The notes below the pieces were generated by a model. It was not told the origin of the DNA, ran no database searches, and was given only the letters and a program-made list of their open reading frames with translations. Of a stretch of DNA of 64,000 bases, positions 10,006 through 19,137 are shown one piece after another (position 1 is the first letter of the stretch; every line of letters begins with the position of its first letter). Position numbers and translations under genes: made by a program. The DNA comes from Cytophagales bacterium (GTDB taxonomy: Bacteria > Bacteroidota > Bacteroidia > Cytophagales > Thermoflexibacteraceae), in assembly GCA_038209965.1 (NCBI GenBank), contig JBBQXF010000003.1, positions 25,420-89,419 on the forward strand. Reading direction: 5' to 3'.

Positions 10006-10551
10006 TTAACTCTTCTTTTCCTCGGTTACGTCCCCTTTGAGCGTAGTCTCAGTTGCTACTTTGGGTTTACGAACTGGTCTCTTGGCAGCGGGGGCCGCTT
10101 GATTAGTAGACTGGGCAGCCTGGGCAACTACCTTGGGCTTCAATTGCGGCTTTGGGGCAACGGCCGGCGTTTTGACAACTGGGGCTGGGGTGGCTTTTAC
10201 TTCTTCCGGTTGAAAATCAGGCAGTTCAATAGATTCTGGAGCTGATATAGCAACAGCTGTTTTCCCCTTTTTCTTTACCTTAGCCAATTTTGTTTCTGAT
10301 TTTTTTTCTTTCTTGCTGGCCTCTACCGCCTTTTTGTCAGCGTCTTTGGCCACTTTCTCCGACTTTTTATCAGTTTTGGCGAGCTTACTTTCTGCCTCGT
10401 GTTCTTTCTCCAGCCAGTCTTCTACCTTTTTGGCCAACTTCTTGGCTCTCTTCTCCAATAATTTTTCCAGTTTTTCAGATACTGGGACTCCGCTCTCTAC
10501 TATAGCGGCTTGTAAATGTTCGGCAACTTTAACAGCCAACGATGATTTCAT
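10006..10551 (-). CDS. Lys/Ala-rich histone H1-like basic protein (Bacteroidota H1/Hc1-type nucleoid protein).
   Basis: 181 aa, low complexity, KKxxAKK/PKP repeats (…KVKKKGKTAVAIS…AAKRPVRKPKVA…). No catalytic motifs. Confidence 0.5.
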   Translation of the reverse strand: MKSSLAVKVAEHLQAAIVESGVPVSEKLEKLLEKRAKKLAKKVEDWLEKEHEAESKLAKTDKKSEKVAKDADKKAVEASKKEKKSETKLAKVKKKGKTAVAISAPESIELPDFQPEEVKATPAPVVKTPAVAPKPQLKPKVVAQAAQSTNQAAPAAKRPVRKPKVATETTLKGDVTEEKKS

Positions 10552-10807
10552 GATTTTATTTTTTAATATTTTAACCTCTGCAAATTTCGTAAGTTAAATT
10601 ATTGTTAACAAATAATCAGGCAATATTTGCAAAAATTTAATATTGGAATTTTGTACCACCTAAATTGAGGGGAAAAGTCTGACCAAAATATTACCATCCA
10701 TTAATGCACTAGCAACCGTCAGTCATGTATTTTCCCGATTTTAGTTCCCTGAACGATATTGATCGCTGATCGCGATTCTGTTTATTTTATCATCACCGGG
10801 GCACTGG

Positions 10808-12553
10808 CTACCGACACCCAGTTTTATTGAACGCCTCAATGGCGAAATAATAGGGCTGTCCCACGGTCAAGGCCCGCAGTTCGAGCGCATTGGGTTCGTT
10901 ATGCCAAATTTGGTACGTTTGGTACAACTTGTTTGGCGCAATCCCCCACAGAATATTATAGCCCACCACGCCGGGAACTTTGGCCCAAGTGATAAAAGCG
11001 TTGCGTTCATCTTGGTCGCGCTTGACTACCAATTGAGCCGGGGTTTTTGGGATTTTCCCTGATCCAAGGCTAAAGACCCGGAAATCACTGACCGCCAAAT
11101 TTGGTGCAGCCACGTGCAAATGTTCCTATTTGAGATAACGAGTTTTGACTGGTTTGTCCAGTTCCACGTAGGCGCAGGGGCGATCCTGTTTGGGTTGCTG
11201 GGTCAGATCGGTCAGCAGTTCCCACGTTTTGCCATCCAGCGAATGGTACATCTTGAATTGGGTATATACTTTGGCTGGGTCGTTGTCATAAATATTGGAT
11301 TTGTAGTCCACATAATTGATCTGGTAAGCATTTACTTCGCACGGCTTTTCCAGATCCAAAACTAGTGTTTCCCCGGTACGGTTCTGGCCAGCCACCCAAA
11401 AAGTGCGGGGGTTTTCGCCGGTCAATTTTACGGTGTTGAAAGTATCGCGCACCGACGAAGCCACCCCCCGCTTTTGGTAGGCGAGCAGCATCCAGCCGGT
11501 GAACAGTTCATCTTTGTCCTCCCATTTTTTGGTGGGCAACCGATGGGGGAAATCACCAAACCGGGTGTTGGCAAACAGTTGGTTATCTTGGTCAAAGCCG
11601 GTGGGAAACATGGCAATGCGCCGTTCCATTTGCCAGTTTACCGCGATCCAGGGCGTGCCGGTGTTCCAATAATTGCCGTAATTGTCCTGAAATGTGTTGC
11701 CGTGGCCGGCCCCGTTCATGTAACCGCCAGGTTTGTAGGAGATCGGGTTATAGGGGGCATAAGTAAACGGGCCGAGGGGATCGTCGCCCACGTAGGTGCC
11801 ATTGGCATACACGTTGTATTCGGTGCCGGGTGCGCCATATTGCAAAAAATAATTCCCTTGGTGTTTGGTCATCCATGCCCCTTCGGTGAAAGGTTTGATG
11901 GTGTCGCGGTGATTGTGGCCAAACCATTCCCAGCCATATTTTTCGGGCTGGAAACGGTTTGGCCGTAATAATTGTTCTTGGTTTTGTAGGTCAAAATGGC
12001 GGTCTTTGTCCAACTCGGCCCCGTAGAGCGGGAACACATTGGACGATCCTCAGTACATGTACCAGCGGTCGGTGTCGGGGTTATGGAACAGGGCCGGATC
12101 CCACAGGCCCACGAGCGGGGACAGGCGGGGCAGCCAGCGGTTATAAAACTGCAATTTTCCTTTTTCCGGCTCGAGGCTGATAAAAATGGGGCGTTGCTCA
12201 AAAGTGGACTGAAAAAGATAGAGCGTATCACGCACCGACAACGCCGCCGGGGCACACATGTCTTCCATGGGCCATTTATCGGGCACTACATACCGCCAAT
12301 TGATCAGATCTTTCGAGTGCCACCATCCCCCAGAAATGGTGACAAATAAGTAATGTTCCCCTTTGTGGTTGATAATGACCGGATCGGCCCCCGAACGGTA
12401 CGAAATACTGTCATTGAGCTGCTCAAAATTGTATTTATAGTCAACGTCCATTGGGTTACAATAGGTCTTTTGGGCAGACTGCGCGAAGGCATGTTGCGTT
12501 AGGCCAACCAAACAGCAGATAAATAAGTAGTTTTTCATTCTCGATTTGATCAA
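10808..12553 (-). pseudogene. GH43-family glycoside hydrolase with a C-terminal discoidin/FN3-like module, interrupted by an in-frame TGA (12050-12052) and an in-frame TAG (11126-11128).
   Basis: Signal peptide MKNYLFICCLVGLTQHAFAQ. NPMDVDY…ADPVIINHKGEHYLFVT (GH43 propeller start). The three ORFs 12050..12553, 11126..12037 and 10808..11119 are in one frame and read continuously across the stops (…WYMY*GSSNVFP… ; …RYLK*EHLHVA…). Confidence 0.65.
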
Positions 12554-12602
12554 AAACGAAAGTTAGGCCATTCTAGGTGATTATGCCGATAGTCCAATCG
12601 AC

Positions 12603-12650
12603 AAAAAAAGCCGCCCGTGGGTTCGGGCGGCTTTTGGGAAGCACAAAAAA
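12603..12650. terminator. Bidirectional Rho-independent terminator.
   Basis: AAAAAAAGCCGCCCG-tgggtt-CGGGCGGCTTTTGG: a GC hairpin flanked by an A-run and a T-run. Confidence 0.6.
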
Positions 12651-12947
12651 TTACTCAGCGTCTTCGTCGGCAGCTTCTCCGCTAGCTTCCTCATCATCTT
12701 CGTCTGTTTCCTTGTCTTCGTCCTCTGCATTTACTTCTTCGGCATCTTCGGTTTCAGCTTCTTCGGCATCTCCGTCAGAATCAAGGATAGTGGTGGGTTC
12801 GGCCACTTCGTCTTCTTCTTCAGTTTCAGTTTCTTCGGCATCTTCGTCGGAAGCAAAGAGGGTGGTGGGTTGGGTCAACAGGGCTGGGAACAGGGTTTCG
12901 TTGGTGGCCAAGGATCCAGTCGCAATTTTTGATTGGGCTATTTGCAT
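12651..12947 (-). CDS. Highly acidic 98-aa protein (D/E about 45%), a DNA-mimic or anti-restriction-like candidate.
   Basis: MQIAQSKIATGSLATNETLFPALLTQPTTLFASDEDAEETETEEEDEVAEP…DEDDEEASGEAADEDAE. It is followed on its own strand by the terminator above. The opposite-strand Ser-rich ORF (12577..12957) is low complexity and lacks such signals. Confidence 0.5.
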   Translation of the reverse strand: MQIAQSKIATGSLATNETLFPALLTQPTTLFASDEDAEETETEEEDEVAEPTTILDSDGDAEEAETEDAEEVNAEDEDKETDEDDEEASGEAADEDAE

Positions 12948-12959
12948 GATCGTGTGAGT

Positions 12960-13210
12960 TTAAAAACTTGTGGCAATTTACACTTCAACTTGTATTGGGG
13001 TGTGAATTCCAGTTTGTATTATTGTGAACTTATGATTACTATCCGTTCGGCTTGGGTATTACCGATGAGTATATGAGCCAATTTTTTTTAGTTTTTTTAT
13101 TGATTTTTATTCATCAAAAAAGACGCTTTTAGCTATTTATAATTAACTTACTTTAAAATAACTATCTTAGACAATCCATAATACCTTGATTGTTAGATAT
13201 ATAAAAGCGC
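12960..13210. promoter_or_regulatory. AT-rich region (putative DNA-unwinding element) of a plasmid-type origin.
   Basis: Long A/T tracts (ttttttttagtttttttattgatttttattcatcaaaaaag…) immediately preceding the iteron array. Confidence 0.5.
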
Positions 13211-13212
13211 AG

Positions 13213-14071
13213 TTTGCTACAATTTAGTGAATAGAATCCATTTTGGTGCTACCAATTAGTGAATAAACTGGGGCTAGATGCTACTAAAATGTGTATTTTT
13301 TGGGTGAGGTGCTACTTGTTTGTGCATTTAATTTTTCATTCACTTGCCATCCAAGCGTTAGCCAGCATAATTTTTTGGATCACTTTTTTTGAACGTTTTT
13401 CGCTTTGGGTGGCCATTTGGCGCACATAAAAATCTTTTTTGCTCCCAAGATAGCCATTTTCATCCTGCTACTCCTCTCCAACCTTGAAAACGATCTGGCA
13501 ATCTGTGCCAGTTTGGCCAGAAATCAGGATTTTGCCCGCTAGGTCGACTATTCCCCCACCGCAGCTAATGGAAGGGGTTTCATTTATCGATCTGCTACAA
13601 AATAGTGCATTGCTGGGTGGGCCATTCAACGCGGGTCTGCTACAATATTGTGCAGGTTTGGCCACCGGATTAGCTGCTACAAAATAGTGCATTGGGGCGG
13701 ACAGAACCGCCAATCGCGGCAAAGTGCTACAAAATAGTGCATTTTGGGCAACTTTAAACCAGGCTAAATCCCGTGTTAGACTGGGTTAAGTGACTTTTTT
13801 TTGATAATTATCAATAATTTTTTCAACCTGTTGGGTTAACTGCTACAACATTGTGCATTATAGTTCAGTGCAATAGTTCTCATGGGATTTAGAGGGCAAG
13901 GATCGGCTTGCCTTGCAACCCAGCTTCGGTTCCACACTTTTAGCTGCTACAAAAACGTGCATTATTTTTTTGCACAATGAAAACCTTATTTTTGGGCTTG
14001 ATAGCTGCTACAAATTTGTGCATTAAAAAATTATCAAAATACGTGCTACAATTCTTTGGAATTGTAGCACG
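13213..14071. repeat. Iteron array: about 12 direct copies of a ~20-bp motif (consensus GCTGCTACAAAATAGTGCATT) plus one palindromic pair. Putative oriV.
   Basis: Copies at ~13213, 13247, 13278, 13306, 13591, 13637, 13673, 13722, 13838, 13934, 14003, and the inverted pair GTGCTACAATTCTTTGGAATTGTAGCAC at ~14042. Spacing is irregular and the copies are imperfect. The array sits directly upstream of the rep gene. Confidence 0.8.
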
Positions 14072-14159
14072 TTCGTTTTAACTTTCGCCTTCAGTTCAAC
14101 CCACCGGTCAGGTTTAGTTCAAGCACGGCCCGTTTTTGAACGCTAAAACACCAAAGCCC

Positions 14160-15503
14160 ATGATGATGGACATAACCAAGAGCGAGATCGTCAAAGTTGA
14201 AAAAACTGACAAAAAGCGCCATCCAATCCATTACACCGTTTTTCATCCCAATGTGCTCATCGGGGTCAATACCGAGTTGAAACTGGCCGAGCAGCGGCTT
14301 TACATGGAGATCTTGAACTTTAACCACCAAGCCGAGCCAGACCGGCTCGACTATGAGATCCCCTACGAGTTCATCACCCACAGCACCGACCCGAAGGTGA
14401 TCCAAAAGAAAGCCCACCAAGAGTTTACCCGCATTGCCGAGGTACTCCAAAAACGGGTCTTCCGCTTGGACAAAGAGTTTATGCAGACGCACTTCAACGA
14501 AAAGTACGCCGTCACCATCAACCCTTTCCCGGTCATCAAATACAAGGAAAAACATTTTCAAGTCCGGCTGAACGAGTACCTCAAGGCCGTTTTGGTGAAA
14601 CTCGAGATGGGTTTCACCAAGGGGGACATCGAGTTGCTGCGCGCATTCCGCAGCGAATATTCCTACCTGATGTACTGGCTCATCCGCCGCGAGCAATGGA
14701 AGCACAAAGCCGGAGTTTTGGATTTTGCCCTCGATGAGCTAAAAAAAGAACTGGGCTGCACGGATCAGTACGAAGGCCGGTTCAATAATTTCAAGGCCCG
14801 GGTGTTGGATGTGGTCCACGAGGAGTTTCAGGGCACTTGGGTCGAGTTTGACTACGAGATCCTGCGCGGGGGCAAGGGCGGCAAGGCCATTCAGAAAATC
14901 TTGTTCAAGTTTGGCACCGATTTCCAACAAGAACAGAAACTGGCCCTGGCCGAAAACCGCTATGCTTGGGAAGGCGAGCTGCTCCAACTCGGTATTGGGG
15001 AGAAGGAAGTGCTCCGTTTCCGCGACTATGTGGCCAACCAGCAACCGCTCAAGGACGGTCAAGTCTGGGACAGCTTTTATGTGCACACGTGCATGGCCAT
15101 AGCCCGGGAAAACTATCGGAACAAACGGCTCAACGTGCAAGCCAAAAAAATAGCCAATACGGCCAATTACCTTTATTCGGCCTTGGTGCAAGGATGGTGG
15201 GTGAAAGAGGTGGAGTTTCGCCGCCAACTGCCCAGCTCGCCCGCCCGGCCCCCGGCCAGCCTGTTTGCCGAATTGCCGGCCAAAGTAAAGCTGTCCCCCG
15301 AATCTGTCCAGTTGACCGTTGATCCGCCCGTTAAGAGCAGTGTTGGACTGGCCCCGCCACGGACGAAGTTCCGGTTGCCTTACGTCGATTTTATGGAAAC
15401 CTACCGTGCTTATTTGTCCATCAGCAAAGAGCCGATGAGCGAGCCAGATTTTGCGGCCAAACTGGGCTACAAAATCTCCGGTGACTACGTGGAGAAGGTT
15501 TGA
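14160..15503 (+). CDS. rep: Plasmid-type replication initiator, Rep_3 (RepB/RepA iteron-binding) family.
   Basis: …KRHPIHYTVFHPNVLIGVNTELKLAEQRLYMEILNF… matches the Rep_3 'l.l.EqRL….il' core. Located immediately downstream of the iteron array. The ORF track starts at TTG 14136; ATG 14160 is likelier. Confidence 0.75.
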   Translation: MMMDITKSEIVKVEKTDKKRHPIHYTVFHPNVLIGVNTELKLAEQRLYMEILNFNHQAEPDRLDYEIPYEFITHSTDPKVIQKKAHQEFTRIAEVLQKRVFRLDKEFMQTHFNEKYAVTINPFPVIKYKEKHFQVRLNEYLKAVLVKLEMGFTKGDIELLRAFRSEYSYLMYWLIRREQWKHKAGVLDFALDELKKELGCTDQYEGRFNNFKARVLDVVHEEFQGTWVEFDYEILRGGKGGKAIQKILFKFGTDFQQEQKLALAENRYAWEGELLQLGIGEKEVLRFRDYVANQQPLKDGQVWDSFYVHTCMAIARENYRNKRLNVQAKKIANTANYLYSALVQGWWVKEVEFRRQLPSSPARPPASLFAELPAKVKLSPESVQLTVDPPVKSSVGLAPPRTKFRLPYVDFMETYRAYLSISKEPMSEPDFAAKLGYKISGDYVEKV

Positions 15504-15546
15504 CAAAAGTGGACACATTGTCCACTTTTTTTTGATCCGATCAAGC
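15497..15546 (+). terminator. Intrinsic terminator hairpin that is copy 1 of a ~50-bp direct repeat.
   Basis: TGACAAAAGTGGACA-cat-TGTCCACTTTTTTTTGATCCGATCAAGCCAC, a 12-bp stem plus T8. It is nearly identical to 17163-17212. Confidence 0.65.
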
Positions 15547-15833
15547 CACTTTCCCCCAGCGGAATATGAAGTGCGGTGTCCCAAAATTGCTTTTTCAACT
15601 GACTTCTTATGGCTTAGCCGTTTAGAGAAAGGAAAAAATCAAAACTTCTCGTACTTTTTTCAATCCCATTTTTCCGGAAAAGTAGCTTTTGGGGTGAAAT
15701 ATTGCTTCTACACGCTGATTTACCTTGGTTTGGTGGACTGTTGCTCACAAACATTCGCCAGTTAGTTTTTGTATAATAGTGACATTATTTTGCGACAGTA
15801 TCTGGAAGTTCATTCACCAAATCCGCTACTTAT

Positions 15834-17063
15834 ATGTCTGTAATAACTACCGAGAAAGAAACACAGATCAGTTTTGACTATGCGCTGGCGCAGCAGATCG
15901 TCCAACTCAATATTCAGGATGAAGCTTTGGACGGGCGCATGATTACCGTCAATGGCTGCCCCATGATAAACTTTGGCAACTGCTCTTACTTGGGGCTGGA
16001 ACTGCACCCGGCAATTAAAGCCGGAGTTATGTTGATGACGCAGCGATACGGATCCTTGTACGCCAGTTCCCGTTCGTATGTGGGCTTGGGCATTTTTGAA
16101 GAATTAGAAGACTTGATGGAACAAATTTTTGGTGGGCCAACATTGATGGCCACCTGTACGACCATGGGCCACTTGGGGGTCATCCCGGTTTTGGTGGGGC
16201 CCCATGATGTGGTGATCATGGATCAGCAGGTACATGCCTCAGTCCAAATGGCGGTTTCTTGCCTAAAAGGGAGTAATCCGGCTCAACAAGTGGAAAAAAT
16301 CAAGCACAACAACTTGGCTATGCTTGAGAACCGGATACAAAAGCTAAGCGTGGGGAACAACAAAATCTGGTACATGGTTGATGGGGTCTATTCCATGTTT
16401 GGTGATGTAGCCCCGATCCCTGAAATCCTGGAACTGATGGATCGGTATGACAACCTGTATTTGTATTGTGACGATGCGCACGGAATGTCATGGACGGGAC
16501 GCCACGGGGCGGGTTTTTTCCGCAGTCGCTGTGCCTATCACCCTCGGGTAGTATTGTCGACCTCGCTTGGCAAAGGGTTTGGGGCGGCCGGAGGCACATT
16601 TACTTTCCCAAATCAAGAAATGAAACACAAAGTCCGCTCGCTGGGTGGCACTTTCATTTTTGCAGCCCCGTTGTCCCCTCCCTTGTTGGGAGCTTGCCTA
16701 GCTTCGGCCAGAATCCATCTGAGTGACGAGCTTGCTCCCTTGCAAGCGGCCCTGCGAGTCCGGATTGATCATTTTGTGAAAGTGGCCCAGGAACTTAAAT
16801 TGCCCTTGGCCGGATCGGCCGAAACCCCCGTGCAGTTTGTAGTGATTGGCAAAGCCGAAAATGCCGTTGACGTGGTCAAACGCTTGCACCAGCGCGGTTT
16901 TTATGTAAACATGAGTGCTTATCCGATTGTGCCCCAAGGGAAGGGTGGGTTGCGCATTACACTGACCAACCACCTGAGCTTAAATGATTTGAGTAATTTG
17001 GCGAAGGCTGTCCGCGAAGAATTGGATGAGCAGGTAAAGCTTGTCCAGTCGGCAACTCGCTAG
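15834..17063 (+). CDS. Alpha-oxoamine synthase family PLP enzyme (8-amino-7-oxononanoate synthase / serine palmitoyltransferase-like).
   Basis: 409 aa. GSLYASSRSYVG, DDAHGMSWTGRHG, STSLGKGFGAAGG (PLP-lysine region) are typical of the BioF/SPT/KBL family. Confidence 0.8.
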   Translation: MSVITTEKETQISFDYALAQQIVQLNIQDEALDGRMITVNGCPMINFGNCSYLGLELHPAIKAGVMLMTQRYGSLYASSRSYVGLGIFEELEDLMEQIFGGPTLMATCTTMGHLGVIPVLVGPHDVVIMDQQVHASVQMAVSCLKGSNPAQQVEKIKHNNLAMLENRIQKLSVGNNKIWYMVDGVYSMFGDVAPIPEILELMDRYDNLYLYCDDAHGMSWTGRHGAGFFRSRCAYHPRVVLSTSLGKGFGAAGGTFTFPNQEMKHKVRSLGGTFIFAAPLSPPLLGACLASARIHLSDELAPLQAALRVRIDHFVKVAQELKLPLAGSAETPVQFVVIGKAENAVDVVKRLHQRGFYVNMSAYPIVPQGKGGLRITLTNHLSLNDLSNLAKAVREELDEQVKLVQSATR

Positions 17064-17162
17064 GTTTCCCGTGAAGTCAAAACCGAACTATTACTGGCCT
17101 AATGTTAGTCATTTTTTGGGCCAAATTGATTTTTTCCTTACTCCGGTCATTGGTTGACTGGT

Positions 17163-17212
17163 GTACGCCTGACAAAAGTGGACACATTGTCCACTTTTTT
17201 TTGTTCCGATCA
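17163..17212 (+). terminator. Copy 2 of the 50-bp terminator-hairpin repeat.
   Basis: TGACAAAAGTGGACACATTGTCCACTTTTTTTTGTTCCGATCAAGCCAC, 1 mismatch to copy 1. Confidence 0.65.
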
Positions 17213-18757
17213 AGCCACAAAATTCAATACTTCGTGCCAACTGAGCCACTCACTGCGGCGGTCCGGGGTATCATTGAGGCCGCCACCGCCCTTGCGGGAG
17301 TAGAAAGCGGTTCCCCATTTGGTACTACTGATGTCCACTTGGGCAAATATATGGTGGGGCAGGTTAAAAAAGCTGTCACTGATCGTTTGATCGCTGGGGC
17401 TGAGGCGCAGGTTGCCCTCGGGCTGGGTGCGGAACCAACCCACGGTATCCAAGTGGGTTTGTTGCAGGGCATTGTCCAAGGCCAACCAAGCGGGCAAACC
17501 AAAAATCACCTTGCGCGGGTTTTGCTCGGCAATCGGGGCAGTGGTCACATAATCGATCGATACCAAATACCGCTGGGCCGAAGGGACATAAAAAGATCGG
17601 CCCAACAGAAACCCCCCGGATTTGGGGACAAAGCCAGCATGGGAGGCGGAAGTTTGTTGGATGAGGTCGCGGATCTGCCGGGCTGCGTTTTGGTGGATGT
17701 AGAGTGAAAGCACCGAACTGTCGGCCCAAGCCCGGTCGAGCCGCACTTGGGAATATTTGGATTGTTCGCGCCCTTCCGTGATTTCGTAAAAATGGTTGGC
17801 AATGGGATCTTGGGAGGGCTGCAAAATGAAGGTCCGGCTCCGATCGGCGGCCACTGGGGCGGCCTTGTCGGTATTGACCACCTTGATTTCTTGTTGGGGA
17901 TTGGCCTTGGGTTTTTTTGCAGGCTCCGATTTTTGGGCTGGCTTTTTGGGCTCATCGTCCTCGGTTGGCCGTCTTTTGCCACTGCGGAGCCACGCGATCA
18001 AGGCCCCGATGGCCGCAAAAAGCCCAGCTACGCCCCCCGTAATCCAGCCCCACAGCGGAATATTGGGGAGTCCGGGGATGCTCGGGGTGCTCGGGGTTGC
18101 ATTGTTCAATGCCCGGTTGCCCTCGTCTTTTACCTCTTCCTTCACCCGGTTTTCCACCTCGGTCTGGAATTCGCTCTTGCCTTGGTCTGTACCTTTGGTG
18201 TTGTCTTGGACGGGTTCAGTTTTCACCACGTTTTTGTCCGCTTGGCTGCTACTGCTGTTGTTGTCGTTGGCCACCGATCCGGTAGCGGCCAGCAGGGTGT
18301 AATTGATCGCCACCGTTTTGAGCGGGCGACGGGGCGGGGCTTCGCCCAGTTCTTCGGTTGCAAAACCAATCTTGAGCGTTCCTTTGGTAGTGGCCGTGGC
18401 CACGATGTTGTAGGTGATCTCGCAAATAAATTTGTCGCACAGGCAGGAAACGAACGTGAGCCCCGGGGCTTTGGCGGGCACCCATTTGTCGTAGGTCTTC
18501 AGTTCCAGCAGTTCGCGCTGGTCGGCGGCGGCTTCCAACGTGGCATGGATCAGCAATTTGCCATTGGGGCCAATCCGGGCCTCAAAAGCCCCGCCTTGGA
18601 TGCCGGCCAATTGACTGCGATCCCGCCCGTGGGCCAAGATCAGGGGGGCCGTCACTTTTTGTCGGTTAAAGGTGTAGGTAAGGTCTTGGGCGGCTGACTG
18701 GGCCAGTGCCCCAACTGAAAAAATCAAAGTGAAAAATATCTTTTGCCAAGCATTCAT
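17210..18757 (-). CDS. Single-pass membrane protein: signal peptide, ~190-aa extracytoplasmic domain, TM helix, Lys/Pro-rich linker, and a C-terminal JAB/MPN domain with all catalytic residues substituted (MPN-minus).
   Basis: MNAWQKIFFTLIFSVGALAQSAAQ signal; TM WGWITGGVAGLFAAIGALIAWL. The C-terminal …GWFRTQPEGNLRLSPSD aligns to the JAMM motif HxHx7SxxD with H->R and H->Q. The upstream E-motif is replaced (PKSGGFLLG). Confidence 0.55.
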   Translation of the reverse strand: MNAWQKIFFTLIFSVGALAQSAAQDLTYTFNRQKVTAPLILAHGRDRSQLAGIQGGAFEARIGPNGKLLIHATLEAAADQRELLELKTYDKWVPAKAPGLTFVSCLCDKFICEITYNIVATATTKGTLKIGFATEELGEAPPRRPLKTVAINYTLLAATGSVANDNNSSSSQADKNVVKTEPVQDNTKGTDQGKSEFQTEVENRVKEEVKDEGNRALNNATPSTPSIPGLPNIPLWGWITGGVAGLFAAIGALIAWLRSGKRRPTEDDEPKKPAQKSEPAKKPKANPQQEIKVVNTDKAAPVAADRSRTFILQPSQDPIANHFYEITEGREQSKYSQVRLDRAWADSSVLSLYIHQNAARQIRDLIQQTSASHAGFVPKSGGFLLGRSFYVPSAQRYLVSIDYVTTAPIAEQNPRKVIFGLPAWLALDNALQQTHLDTVGWFRTQPEGNLRLSPSDQTISDSFFNLPHHIFAQVDISSTKWGTAFYSRKGGGGLNDTPDRRSEWLSWHEVLNFVA

Positions 18758-18775
18758 GGTATTGTTGGATCTGGG

Positions 18776-19075
18776 TTAACCACCCGTAAGGATGGGGACG
18801 AGTAAGAGAGTGTAGCCTTCGCGCATTCCGTTTTGGAACAAGGTTTCGGTCAGGCCGATTTCGCGCCCAGCTTTTTTGTTGACCAATTGGAAGGTGAACC
18901 GGTTGCCATCGCTGTCGGTAGTCGGGAAACCAAAATTGGCAGCATTTTCGAGCAGTTTTTGCAACAGTTGGCTGCCAGTGGCACTCAACGGCACATCGAT
19001 GTGGAGTTCGGTGCCGTTGGGCAATATCCGCAATATCAAATCTACTTTGGCCGATGGATTACTGCCTGCGCTCAT
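18776..19075 (-). CDS. Beta-grasp ubiquitin-like / MoaD-ThiS-like small protein ending in Gly-Gly.
   Basis: 99 aa. KVDLILRILPNGTELHIDVPLSATGSQLLQKLL…FTFQLVNKKAGREIGLTETLFQNGMREGYTLLLVPILTGG*. The C-terminus resembles ubiquitin (LHLVLRLRGG) and MoaD (PPVTGG) tails. 18 bp upstream of the MPN gene. Confidence 0.55.
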   Translation of the reverse strand: MSAGSNPSAKVDLILRILPNGTELHIDVPLSATGSQLLQKLLENAANFGFPTTDSDGNRFTFQLVNKKAGREIGLTETLFQNGMREGYTLLLVPILTGG

Positions 19076-19137
19076 TTTTGATTGGTTTTGGTGCTAAAAT
19101 ATAGTAAAGTGGGCGATTTGTCAAAAATGGGGGCGAT

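Noticed and set aside
12577-12957. Ser-rich 126-aa plus-strand ORF.
   Set aside because: Poly-Ser low complexity. The opposite-strand acidic ORF has a proper start context and a terminator, so the plus-strand ORF is taken as the mirror artefact.
13213-14071. Possible CRISPR array because of many ~20-bp direct repeats.
   Set aside because: The repeats are imperfect, irregularly spaced (30-110 bp) and include an inverted pair. They sit upstream of a Rep_3 gene and behind an AT-rich block, so they are iterons, not CRISPR repeats. No cas genes are present.
14739-15584. 281-aa minus-strand ORF overlapping rep.
   Set aside because: Antisense to the Rep_3 gene, with no motifs.
17747-18697. 316-aa plus-strand ORF (and the 17796..18302 ORF) overlapping the MPN-membrane gene.
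   Set aside because: Antisense to a gene with signal peptide, TM and MPN-like features. Gly/Arg-rich.
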